From a virus (lineage: Duplodnaviria > Caudoviricetes): 63,953 nucleotides of DNA. Below the pieces are notes generated by a model, which was given only the letters and a program-made list of their open reading frames with translations, ran no database searches and was not told the DNA's origin. Below are positions 46,148 through 55,635 of the stretch, piece after piece. Every line of letters starts with the position of its first letter. The stretch's first letter is position 1. Position numbers and translations under genes: made by a program. The stretch covers positions 1 through 63,953 of the IMG/VR virus record IMGVR_UViG_3300030329_001933; one strand, 5' to 3'.

Positions 46148-48543
46148 TATTCAATAAACAAAAAGATAAGTTGAATGGTTACCCATCACCTTTGGCAACA
46201 AACGAGGAGAAGGCTACTAAAGAATACGGGCTTGAGTATTTCAAGACTATGTATTATGAGTGGCACAACAACGGTGACGTTTACTTTAGAGATCGTAAGA
46301 TGCGGTATAATCGTAATAGATCTTACGCTGAGGGTAACCAAGATGTAGGTAAGTATAAAGATTTACTTGACGTTCAGGGAGACTCTTCTTACCTTAATAT
46401 AGATTGGAGCCCTGTTTCCATTATCCCTAAGTTTGTTGACGTTATTGTTAATGGTATGGTTAACCAGGAGTATGATGTAAAAGCCAAATCTATAGATCCT
46501 ATTGCTGCCAACGAGAGGATGCAAAAGAAGAAGGAGATGTATGGTAATATGTTAACTAAAGATTTCTTAGAAGGACTTGAAGATGAGACTGGATTACCAT
46601 TAACCCCTAAAGGATTTGTTGCTGAAAGTTCTGAAGAGGTTGAGATGTTTATGGCACTTAACTACAAACAGAATGTTGAGATAGCTTTAGAGAAAGCTAT
46701 AGAGTATACCTTAGATGTTAATGATTATGACGAGGTAAAGCGACACATGATTCGTGACCTTGTTGTTTTAGGTTTATGTGCTGCTAAAACAGAAATGTCA
46801 AAAACAGAGGGTGTTAAAATAAGACACGTAGATCCTGTAAATCTTATCACTTCTTTCTCTGCTAAACCAGACTTTAAAAACATACGTCACGCAGGTGAGA
46901 TATACTCTATGACTATTGCTGATTTAAAGCAACAAGCTGGTGACGAGTTTAGTGAAGAGGATTATATTAAGATCGCTTCAGAGTATGCTGGGAAGAATAA
47001 CAACCCGTCCAACTATGGTACTCAAGCTTACTACGAGAATGGTAACGAGACTTATGACTATGATAAGTTTAGTGTTAATATATTAGACGCTGAGTTTATT
47101 ACAAGCCACTCTTTAAAATACGAGAAGAAAGATAATAAGTATGGTGGTTATTCTGTAAATAAAAAACCATCAAACTATAAGAAACCTAAAAAATCTAAAA
47201 CAAAAAGAGAGGACATAGGCTCTACAGTAAAGGTTATATATAAAGGAAAGTATATTGTGGGTACAGATTATGTCTTTAACTACGGCATGATGAAGGATAT
47301 GCCTAGACCTAAGTCTAACTTATCTGAAACAAGGTTGTCTTATATTATATATCAACCAAACCTTTACAAGATGAAGAGTCGTTCTTTAGTTGATAGAATG
47401 ATTCCTTTTGCTGACCAAATACAGTTAGCGCACCTTAAAATACAACACGTACTTGCTAAGGCTAGACCTAAGGGTGCAGCGTTTGAGATTGGCTCTTTAG
47501 AAAACGTTTCTAAAGGTGATGGTGGAACGTTTACCCCTATGGAGCTTCAAGAAATCTACGATCAAACTGGTAACATCTATTACAGACGTATAGATGATGA
47601 AGGTCAGATGACTGGAGCTATGCCTATACAGGAATTAGAGAATGGTATAGGTCGTGATTTCAACACCCTTATTGGAGTTTATAATCACAATATGCAGATG
47701 ATTCGTGACGTGACTGGTGTTAACGAAGCAAGAGATGCTTCTAAACCATCTAGTGAAGCTTTAGTTGGTGTTCAGAAATTATCTTTACTAGCGTCTAATA
47801 ACGCTACAAGAGATATTAACGATGCTTATCTTAATGTTACTAGAAGAGTGTCTCAAAGTGTTACTATACGTATGCAAGACTTAGTGAACTTTAAAGGTTT
47901 GCATAAGATGTATACTAACGTTATAGGGGATACTTCTATGCACTCTATAGATATGATGAAGAAGTTATCTATTCACGAGTTTGGTATTACACTCGATGTA
48001 GCCCCTAGTGAGGAAGAGAAGCAAATGATGGAGCAAAACATTCAGGTCTCTTTAGCTCAGAAAGAGCTTAGGCTTGAGGACGCTATTATGATTCGTTCTA
48101 TTAAGAACATTAAGATGGCTAACCAGATGTTAATCCTTCGTAGAACTAAGTATCAAAAAGAACAACAAGCTCAAGCTCAGCAAGCGTCAGAACAAAACGC
48201 TATGTTACAACAACAGTCAGCTCAACAGGCTGCGCAGCTTAAGCAGCAAGAGATGCAGGCAGAAATGCAGATAGAGCAGGCTCGTGTTCAAGCTAAAGCT
48301 CAGGCTGATATGGAGCTTAAGCAATTAGAGTTCCAATTAAAGGAGCAGTTTGAGCAGGCTCAACACCAAAGAAGACTTAGAGAAATAGAGCTTGGTAATC
48401 TTGGTAAAGAGGGTACTGCTAGTATTCAAGGAGAGGTTCGTAAAGCTGTTCAAGAGCAGTCTGCTATGAATCAATCTCAAATGATAGAGCAAAGAAAAGA
48501 TCGTAGAGGTCCTTTAGGTGAGGAACAAAATGTATCTCAATAG
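46144..48543 (+). CDS. Portal protein
   Basis: 799 aa after terL; IIPKFVDVIV, IRDVTGVNEARD, Q-rich barrel. Confidence 0.9.
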   Translation: MIFNKQKDKLNGYPSPLATNEEKATKEYGLEYFKTMYYEWHNNGDVYFRDRKMRYNRNRSYAEGNQDVGKYKDLLDVQGDSSYLNIDWSPVSIIPKFVDVIVNGMVNQEYDVKAKSIDPIAANERMQKKKEMYGNMLTKDFLEGLEDETGLPLTPKGFVAESSEEVEMFMALNYKQNVEIALEKAIEYTLDVNDYDEVKRHMIRDLVVLGLCAAKTEMSKTEGVKIRHVDPVNLITSFSAKPDFKNIRHAGEIYSMTIADLKQQAGDEFSEEDYIKIASEYAGKNNNPSNYGTQAYYENGNETYDYDKFSVNILDAEFITSHSLKYEKKDNKYGGYSVNKKPSNYKKPKKSKTKREDIGSTVKVIYKGKYIVGTDYVFNYGMMKDMPRPKSNLSETRLSYIIYQPNLYKMKSRSLVDRMIPFADQIQLAHLKIQHVLAKARPKGAAFEIGSLENVSKGDGGTFTPMELQEIYDQTGNIYYRRIDDEGQMTGAMPIQELENGIGRDFNTLIGVYNHNMQMIRDVTGVNEARDASKPSSEALVGVQKLSLLASNNATRDINDAYLNVTRRVSQSVTIRMQDLVNFKGLHKMYTNVIGDTSMHSIDMMKKLSIHEFGITLDVAPSEEEKQMMEQNIQVSLAQKELRLEDAIMIRSIKNIKMANQMLILRRTKYQKEQQAQAQQASEQNAMLQQQSAQQAAQLKQQEMQAEMQIEQARVQAKAQADMELKQLEFQLKEQFEQAQHQRRLREIELGNLGKEGTASIQGEVRKAVQEQSAMNQSQMIEQRKDRRGPLGEEQNVSQ

Positions 48544-48574
48544 TTTGACATTAATGTAAAAAAGTTTATATTTG
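48544..48574 (+). promoter_or_regulatory. Consensus promoter TTTG-N19-TATATTTG for scaffold/capsid operon
   Basis: Exact Bacteroidota -33/-7 consensus and spacing. Confidence 0.88.
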
Positions 48575-48603
48575 CGAAATTAACATAAATTAAATTTAAG
48601 ATA

Positions 48604-49695
48604 ATGGGAATAGAAGATCAATTTGCAAAAGCATTCGGTGGCGAAGTTGTCGGCACTGAAGCAGATAATAATAATACTGTTGATTTGACAACTGACCAAA
48701 ATCAGGAAGAGGTTCAACAGCAGGATCAATCTGCAACGCATGAGGAATCAAACGTTGTAGATTTGACGACAAATGAGAGTTCTTTAAATACTGAGGAAAC
48801 TACTAATGTTGACGAACCTCAAACTAGTCAACCAGAAGAGGGTCAAGGAATCAGTGATGAACAAGTTTTCAAATACCTTAGCGAGAAGCTTGGGCGAGAA
48901 TTAACATCTTATGATGATCTTAACACAACGAGTGAACAAACAGAAAGCAATGACTTTGCTAGCGAGCAGCTTCAAGTTATTAATGAGTATGTTAAAAACA
49001 CTGGTCGTACAGTTCAAGATTACCTAAACACTCAAACGGTTGATTTATCTAACGTGTCTGATGACGCTGTAATGAAGGAGTATCTTAAGCTAGAAAATCC
49101 AAGTTTAACTGAAGCTGAGTTAAATGACTACATTGCTGCAACATATAAAACAGACTCAGAGGAATATAGTTCTAGGGAGACCAACGCTGGTAAGGTTCAA
49201 CTTACTAAGGACGCTAAAACTGCTAGAGACTACTTTAATCAGATTAAAGAGGATTATGCTATGCCAATTAAGGCAGATGATCCTGGAGTATCTGAGGCAG
49301 AAAGAGGTGAATGGTTATCTCAAATGGAAGGGACAGTTAACGACCTAGAAGGTTTGTCTTTTTCTATGAATGACCAAGGTGAAGAGTTTGTTTATAATCT
49401 AGATGACGATGCTCGTCAGGAGATTAAAGGCTACAACTCTAACCTAGAAAACTTTTTCGATAAGTATGTTAATGAAAGTGGTGACTGGAACTTTGACGCT
49501 TTGAATACGGATATGTACATCTTAAACAATATAGACAAGATTGTTAGGGGTGTTGCTAATCAGTATAGAAGTAAAGGAACAGAAAGCGTAATTAACGAGA
49601 TTAAGAACCCTTCGTTTACACAAGATAAACAGGAGGCTCCTCAGAAGCAAAGAACTACTTTAGATATGCTCAGAAATGAGATATGGAATAAATAA
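48604..49695 (+). CDS. Putative capsid scaffolding protein
   Basis: Acidic, disordered N-terminus; between portal and capsid genes. Confidence 0.7.
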   Translation: MGIEDQFAKAFGGEVVGTEADNNNTVDLTTDQNQEEVQQQDQSATHEESNVVDLTTNESSLNTEETTNVDEPQTSQPEEGQGISDEQVFKYLSEKLGRELTSYDDLNTTSEQTESNDFASEQLQVINEYVKNTGRTVQDYLNTQTVDLSNVSDDAVMKEYLKLENPSLTEAELNDYIAATYKTDSEEYSSRETNAGKVQLTKDAKTARDYFNQIKEDYAMPIKADDPGVSEAERGEWLSQMEGTVNDLEGLSFSMNDQGEEFVYNLDDDARQEIKGYNSNLENFFDKYVNESGDWNFDALNTDMYILNNIDKIVRGVANQYRSKGTESVINEIKNPSFTQDKQEAPQKQRTTLDMLRNEIWNK

Positions 49696-49724
49696 AGTAA
49701 TTAAATTTTTAAAATTAAAACAAA

Positions 49725-51119
49725 ATGGCAACAGTTTCTAATGCGGCTACTCATTTAACTCCGTCAGCAGTTCGTCAAGCCACTTCATTTAACTACGTTA
49801 GTTCTACTGATTTAGTTAATAGCGGTACTTCGGCAAACTTAATTCACTCACGTGATGTAGATGAGCAGCTAATTAAACGATACGGTGATCAAGGGATCAC
49901 TGGACTCCTTGAATTACATGGAGCAAAAAAAGAGTGTACAAACAACTTGTTTGAGCACTACGAAGAAGATTTTATTCATAACGGGTTTACAGCAGATGTA
50001 GCTGCAGCTAGTGGTAATCAAGGTACTTTAACTATTAATAGTTCTGATGATACAGCTGCAGGTTATACAGCTTTACGTGTTGGTGATTTAATTCAAAACG
50101 CTGGAGGAAACATGTATTTAGTTCAGTCTAGAACTAATGATTTAACATGGATGGTTCAGTTGGTAGGTACAGCTGAGACAGCTACTTTAGCTTCTTCTGA
50201 GTTTGCAATTATAGGTAACGCTTGGGCTGAAGGTAAAGCACAACCAGATGGATTAACACCAAGAGTTCACCACTACCAAAATTACACTCAGATTATTAAA
50301 GAAACATTTGAAGTTACAGGTTCTGAAGCTACAAATATTACTTACCTAAAGGTTAACTCTCCAGAGCATGGTTCTGGCTACTTGTGGTACTTAAAAGGTG
50401 AGGCTGATACTTACAAGCGATTCCAAGACTACTGTGAATTAGCTTGTGTTCTTGGACCTAACGGTGCAGGATCTGAAACAGTGGATACTGGAAATGGTGG
50501 TGATAGAGTTTATTTAACTGAAGGTCTTTTACCGTTTATTGAAAACAAAGGTCAATCTATGGATCTTGGTTCTTCTGCAATTACAATGGCTGACTTTGAT
50601 GCTGCTGTTAAGTCTTTAGATAAATACAGAGGTGCAAAAGAAATGGCTCTTTACGCTGGTATTAACTTATCTTTAGATATTGATGACTTATTAGCTGCAC
50701 AAGGAGCTTACGCTGCTGGTGGTGCTAACTATGGTACTTTCGCTAATAACAAAGATATGGCGTTGAATTTAGGTTTCAACTCGTTCTCTCGTGGTGGTTA
50801 CACTTTCCACAAGAAAACTTACGACCTATTTAATCACCCAGCTTTATTAGGTGCAGATGGCTTTAACTATAATGGTTATGGTATGTGTATTCCTATGGAT
50901 AGCTCTAAGGATGCTCGTTCTGGTGAGAAAATTCCTGCTTTACGTATGCGTTACAAAGCTGCGAATGGTTACTCTCGTGAGATGGAGCACTGGTTAACTG
51001 GTTCTGCTGTCCTACAAAACAAAACTAATCAAACAGATACGTTACAGTGTAACTACCGATCTGAGCGTGGTTTTGAAGGATTTGCTCCTAACCGTTTCTT
51101 ATTGTTCAAGAAATCATAA
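49725..51119 (+). CDS. Major capsid protein
   Basis: 464 aa; NYTQIIKETFEVTGS, GYLWYLK, GFNSFSRGGYTFHK; biased codons; followed by terminator. Confidence 0.88.
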   Translation: MATVSNAATHLTPSAVRQATSFNYVSSTDLVNSGTSANLIHSRDVDEQLIKRYGDQGITGLLELHGAKKECTNNLFEHYEEDFIHNGFTADVAAASGNQGTLTINSSDDTAAGYTALRVGDLIQNAGGNMYLVQSRTNDLTWMVQLVGTAETATLASSEFAIIGNAWAEGKAQPDGLTPRVHHYQNYTQIIKETFEVTGSEATNITYLKVNSPEHGSGYLWYLKGEADTYKRFQDYCELACVLGPNGAGSETVDTGNGGDRVYLTEGLLPFIENKGQSMDLGSSAITMADFDAAVKSLDKYRGAKEMALYAGINLSLDIDDLLAAQGAYAAGGANYGTFANNKDMALNLGFNSFSRGGYTFHKKTYDLFNHPALLGADGFNYNGYGMCIPMDSSKDARSGEKIPALRMRYKAANGYSREMEHWLTGSAVLQNKTNQTDTLQCNYRSERGFEGFAPNRFLLFKKS

Positions 51120-51134
51120 TTAATATAGATAGAT

Positions 51135-51167
51135 GGAGGGGAGAAGGTCTTCCCTCCTAAATCTTTT
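51135..51167 (+). terminator. Intrinsic terminator-like hairpin
   Basis: GGAGGGGAG...CTTCCCTCC then weak T-run. Confidence 0.6.
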
Positions 51168-51181
51168 AAAACTTTTTAATT

Positions 51182-51838
51182 ATGACAAAAGAAAAATATG
51201 TTTACTTTAACTCAACTGCTGCAGCAACTGCAGCTATTGGAGAATTAACTTTTACTGCTGTTGATAAAAGTGCTAAGGGTAATTTAGTTTCTGTAGCTAT
51301 ACCAGAAAGCGGTACTGAAAGTCAAGTAACAGTTACTGTTTCAGGTAACGATATTACTTGTGCTATTGGTACTTCTAATGATATGGGTGGAGATGATGTA
51401 GTGACTGCTGTTGAGGCAAGTGCTGCAGCTTCTGCTTTAGTTGGGGTTGCTACTAGTGGTACTACGCATATAACATCTGCTGTTTCACAAACCTATTTAT
51501 CAGGTGGTGAAGCATCTGTATGTTTTCCTTTAAGTTCTTTTTGTGGTATGCAACCAACAGGAGACAGTGATTTAACTCTTTACTTTAAATCTATGAAAAA
51601 CCATGATGGTCATGACATAGGTGCTAATGGTATTGTAGTGTCCGACTCTGTTGTTTTGACTTTAGCTTCTGCTAATACTCATAGAGATGCTATGCAGGCT
51701 ATATGTGAAAGATTTAATTCTGCTCAAGCTGGATACGGAGATATTGTAATAGGTGATGATAAAAGTGGAGACACTGAGTATTTATCTAGTTTAATATCTG
51801 CAGTAGGTACAATAACTATAGCGGCTGCTAATTCTTAA
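51182..51838 (+). CDS. Putative auxiliary capsid protein, paralog A (with inserted domain)
   Basis: Shares CFPLS, LYFKSM, SDSVVL, GDD..DTEY, GTI with next two genes. Confidence 0.65.
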   Translation: MTKEKYVYFNSTAAATAAIGELTFTAVDKSAKGNLVSVAIPESGTESQVTVTVSGNDITCAIGTSNDMGGDDVVTAVEASAAASALVGVATSGTTHITSAVSQTYLSGGEASVCFPLSSFCGMQPTGDSDLTLYFKSMKNHDGHDIGANGIVVSDSVVLTLASANTHRDAMQAICERFNSAQAGYGDIVIGDDKSGDTEYLSSLISAVGTITIAAANS

Positions 51839-51849
51839 AATATAAAGAC

Positions 51850-52233
51850 ATGAACGAAAAATATTTATACTTTAGAACTCAAGCCACTATTGGTGATGAT
51901 GATGGAACAGGTGAATCATGCTGTTTCCCGTTATCTGCTTTGGTAGGTATGCAACCAACAGCTGACAGCTCTTTAACATTATACTTTAAGTCGATGCTTA
52001 ATCGTGATGGTATGGATGTAGGATCTAATGCTGTTGTTGTTTCAGATTCGGTAGTCTTAACTTTAGCTACAGCTAACACTCATAGAGAAACTATGGAAGC
52101 TTTATGTGAAAAGTTTTTATCTCCGAAAGATGGTATGATTGTAGTTGGTGATGATTTATCAACTGATACGGAATACTTCTCCACTTTAATTAATGGAGTA
52201 GGTACGATAGCTGTAGCAGCTGCTAACTCTTAA
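51850..52233 (+). CDS. Putative auxiliary capsid protein, paralog B
   Basis: Paralogous motifs. Confidence 0.65.
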   Translation: MNEKYLYFRTQATIGDDDGTGESCCFPLSALVGMQPTADSSLTLYFKSMLNRDGMDVGSNAVVVSDSVVLTLATANTHRETMEALCEKFLSPKDGMIVVGDDLSTDTEYFSTLINGVGTIAVAAANS

Positions 52234-52244
52234 AATAAAATAAA

Positions 52245-52649
52245 ATGAACGAACTATATTTATATTTTAGAACTCAGGCTACCATTGCTGATGATGACGA
52301 TGCGGCACAATCTTGTTGTTTCCCATTATCTTCTTTAGCTGGTTATCAAGCAGGAAGTGCTTCTGGTACAAACACTGTAACATTATACTTTAAGTCAATG
52401 CTTAATTATGACGGTGCAGACCAGGCAACTGACGCTGTAACAATATCAGATTCTGTTGTGCTTAATTTATCTTCATCTGCAACACAAAGAGAGTTTAGAA
52501 AGCAATTTATTGCTACTATTAATAATGCTAAGGCAAAAATTAATAAAAACTTTTTAGTGATCGGTGATGATTTATCAACTGATACGGAATACTTTTCTAA
52601 TTTATTATCTAACGTGGGTACAATTACTGTAGCTGCAGTTCATAGTTAA
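52245..52649 (+). CDS. Putative auxiliary capsid protein, paralog C
   Basis: Paralogous motifs. Confidence 0.65.
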   Translation: MNELYLYFRTQATIADDDDAAQSCCFPLSSLAGYQAGSASGTNTVTLYFKSMLNYDGADQATDAVTISDSVVLNLSSSATQREFRKQFIATINNAKAKINKNFLVIGDDLSTDTEYFSNLLSNVGTITVAAVHS

Positions 52650-52673
52650 TAGATAGAGATTATAACTAATACT

Positions 52674-52698
52674 GGAAGGGGCTAGTCCCCTTCCTTTT
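52674..52698 (+). terminator. Intrinsic terminator
   Basis: GGAAGGGG-CTAGT-CCCCTTCC-TTTT. Confidence 0.88.
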
Positions 52699-52732
52699 AT
52701 AAACTTTAAGTTAATTTTAGAAAATAATTATT

Positions 52733-53611
52733 ATGACACCAACAAAAACTCGTAAGGCTGTTACGCCTCCTACAACTACTAAGGTAGAAGCTAAAGCTCC
52801 CGTAGTAGAAAAAAAATTCACTCCTCGATTTACTGCAGGACCCAAAGAGGTTAAACCATCTGTTTACGAACTTCTGAAGGGCTCTAAAAGAAAAAATGGT
52901 ATGATGCAATACCCTGTAGTTTATATGATAAAATCAGAGGATATTATATTTGACCCTATAAAAGGAGAAAATAGAAAGATCAGGTACATTCCTGGAGAGA
53001 CATCCATATACGCTGATGAGCAATCTAAAAACGCTAAAATGAGAGAGCCTATTGCTTTTAATAAAGGGTTTTTATATGTAGACCATACAAACCCCACCCT
53101 TAAAAAATACTTAGACCATTGTAACGCTAATGTAAATAATCCTCATAGGATGAAGAATAAAACAGCATCATTTGGTTTAAGAGATAATGAAAGGAATGCT
53201 AAGCAAGAAATAGAAAAAGTGGCTACGTCTATGGAAGCTGTACAAGCTGCTCTTAAAATGCCTCTAAATGAGCTTATAGGGTACGCTAAGGTATTAGGTG
53301 TTAACACTAACAAAAGTACTGATGAGATTCGTTGGGATATGAAGGTTCAAGCAGAAAAGAATCCTACAACTTTCTTAGCAGGTATGAATGATCCTCGTAC
53401 AGAGATGAAGCAACTTTTATTAATGGCTGAGGAATCAGGTATTATCTCTATGAAGAAAACAGGTGTAACTTGGGTATCTTCAGGTAATACTATTTGTGTC
53501 CCTGCAATTGGAGTTAAGCCTATCGAAAGAATGGTAGACTTTTGCTCTGAAGGTGAGGGAGAGCAGATATACTCTGAGATAGAGCGTAGGCTCAAAGCGA
53601 TTAATGGATAA
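52733..53611 (+). CDS. Conserved virion-module protein of unknown function
   Basis: 292 aa; RKIRY...SIYADEQ; located between capsid and ring genes. Confidence 0.65.
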   Translation: MTPTKTRKAVTPPTTTKVEAKAPVVEKKFTPRFTAGPKEVKPSVYELLKGSKRKNGMMQYPVVYMIKSEDIIFDPIKGENRKIRYIPGETSIYADEQSKNAKMREPIAFNKGFLYVDHTNPTLKKYLDHCNANVNNPHRMKNKTASFGLRDNERNAKQEIEKVATSMEAVQAALKMPLNELIGYAKVLGVNTNKSTDEIRWDMKVQAEKNPTTFLAGMNDPRTEMKQLLLMAEESGIISMKKTGVTWVSSGNTICVPAIGVKPIERMVDFCSEGEGEQIYSEIERRLKAING

Positions 53612-53633
53612 TGTATTAATGTAATATATATAT

Positions 53634-53662
53634 AAAGGGGGACTTAACGGTCCTCCTTTTTT
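53634..53662 (+). terminator. Intrinsic terminator
   Basis: AAAGGGGGAC-TTAACG-GTCCTCCTTT-TTT. Confidence 0.85.
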
Positions 53663-53681
53663 ATTATATCAATTTATTTTG

Positions 53682-53689
53682 TACTTTTG
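53682..53689 (+). promoter_or_regulatory. -7 element TACTTTTG for tail operon
   Basis: TAnnTTTG after terminator, 22 nt before ATG 53712. Confidence 0.65.
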
Positions 53690-53711
53690 CTAGGGAATAA
53701 AATATAGAATA

Positions 53712-54443
53712 ATGACGATTGATGAAGTATATAGATTAGTACAAACCTTTGCTAATAAAGAACAGCGAGGTTTTATCACCCCATCTGAGTTTAACTTATT
53801 AGCAAAACAAGCAGAGATAGAGTTGTACAACAAAAGACTCTCTATAATAACGGAAAAGTCTCAACCTAAAAAGATTGAAGGGTATTACAATGAAAGTTTA
53901 TCTCCTGAACTTGCAGAACAAGATATATCAGGGTTTCTAAAGACAGATCCTATAACGTTATCTCTTGCTGATATACCTGACGCTGGGGCTGATAAACAAA
54001 TTAACGCAGATTACATTAAGTCAATTCATTTAATGCCTAGTAGGGAAAACAATATAAGAACTAACATTCCTGTGGAAATAGTTTCTCAAGATAATATTAA
54101 TCAAATTAGAAGAAGTAACCTAGCTGCACCATCCTTTGAGTACCCTATAGCTTTAATATCTCAGTATAGTACTAATGTCTCATCAAAAAAACTATCTATT
54201 TTTCCTGACACTATAACAAAGATTAGAGTATGGAGGTATTACTATGAAAACAATCCTACTTGGGGATATGTTACGATAGCTGGAAAACCAGTTTATGATG
54301 CCTCTAGTTCAAATCAGTTTACAATATCACCAAGATGTCATGGGGAGATAGTTATTAAAATATTAGAGTATTTAGGTGTTACTATTAGAGAGGCAGATGT
54401 TGTTCAATATTCTACAAATAAAGAAGTTAAAGCAGATAGTTAA
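53712..54443 (+). CDS. Tail tubular/ring (head-tail adaptor) protein
   Basis: IDEVYRLV...NKEQRGFITPSEFN...P.WGY...ILEYLGVTIRE. Confidence 0.7.
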   Translation: MTIDEVYRLVQTFANKEQRGFITPSEFNLLAKQAEIELYNKRLSIITEKSQPKKIEGYYNESLSPELAEQDISGFLKTDPITLSLADIPDAGADKQINADYIKSIHLMPSRENNIRTNIPVEIVSQDNINQIRRSNLAAPSFEYPIALISQYSTNVSSKKLSIFPDTITKIRVWRYYYENNPTWGYVTIAGKPVYDASSSNQFTISPRCHGEIVIKILEYLGVTIREADVVQYSTNKEVKADS

Positions 54444-54445
54444 TT

Positions 54446-55633
54446 ATGGCAGTAGATTACACAAATATAGACGAGGTTGTAAATGACTTTCAGTTAATGA
54501 TAGATGATACCTCTTACGATAAGGAGGCACAAATTTATCAGTTAAGGTTGCTAGCACTACAAGGTTTAAGAGAGCTTACGTTTGATGTTGAGCAGGTTAT
54601 TAAAACAACAGTTAAAAGTATAAATAATTCAATAGCTTTTCCTTTACCAGATGATTACGTTAAGTTATTAAGAGTGGGATATAAGAATGACGATGGAGAT
54701 TTTGTATCGTTAGGGTATAGTTCTAATGTATCTTTAGATGCTTCTATAGAGTCTCAAGTTGGAACTAGCTCTTATGACGAGAATAACCCTTACTACCACA
54801 CAGATATAGGTAAGAAGTTTGGTGTAGGTGGTGGTAAAAACTCTTTAGGGTATTACAGGCTAAATAGAAACGATAACTCTATTAGTTTTTCTTCAGATGT
54901 TGAGGGTAAAGATGTCTTTATAGAGTATATATCTGATGGTATATCTAAACCTCAATATAGAGATCACGTTATTAAGCTTAAATTTAATAGTGCTGTGGCA
55001 GATAGTGGTGGTGTTATTGATGGCTCTGTGCTAAGAATACCTTTGTCTTCATCAAACACTCAAGCATACACCTTTATAACTGGAAATACAAAAACTAATA
55101 CTAATATAATATTTACTGTAGGTGATTCTTCTGGGGAAATTGCCAAGAAATTTGCTGACGTTATAAACCATGGGTATCCAGAAAACAACACAAGCCCTCT
55201 TAACTCTGACTTAAAAGCTTCACAAGTAGGAAACGAGGTTCATTTAGTTTATTCTAACCTTACATCAAATCTTGTAAATATTAATCATACTGTTTTTGAA
55301 GAAAACCATGATGGTTCTCAAATGGTTGGTTATGAGGCTGGTGTTACAGCAGGGGTTTCTTCAAGACCTTTAGATTCTGCAATAGAATTGGTTCAAAGAG
55401 TAAACGTATCTGAAGTACCTAGGGTTCATAAGTTTTGTGAAGAGGCTTTACGGTGTTACATGTACTATAAATACATTCAAAGAAAAAGAGGTATCCCTGC
55501 TAACGAGAAGCAGATGGCTAAAAGATCATACTACAACGAGAAAAGATTGGCTAGAGCTAGAATGATGAACTTCAATAAAGAGGCTGCTATGCAAGTTTCT
55601 AGAAAAGCATTTAAGCAATCTCCTAAAATATAA
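54446..55633 (+). CDS. Tail ring protein 2 with internal insertion
   Basis: GLRELTFDV, LPDDYV, EYISDG...VHKFCEEAL, RLARAR. Confidence 0.7.
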   Translation: MAVDYTNIDEVVNDFQLMIDDTSYDKEAQIYQLRLLALQGLRELTFDVEQVIKTTVKSINNSIAFPLPDDYVKLLRVGYKNDDGDFVSLGYSSNVSLDASIESQVGTSSYDENNPYYHTDIGKKFGVGGGKNSLGYYRLNRNDNSISFSSDVEGKDVFIEYISDGISKPQYRDHVIKLKFNSAVADSGGVIDGSVLRIPLSSSNTQAYTFITGNTKTNTNIIFTVGDSSGEIAKKFADVINHGYPENNTSPLNSDLKASQVGNEVHLVYSNLTSNLVNINHTVFEENHDGSQMVGYEAGVTAGVSSRPLDSAIELVQRVNVSEVPRVHKFCEEALRCYMYYKYIQRKRGIPANEKQMAKRSYYNEKRLARARMMNFNKEAAMQVSRKAFKQSPKI

Positions 55634-55635
55634 TA

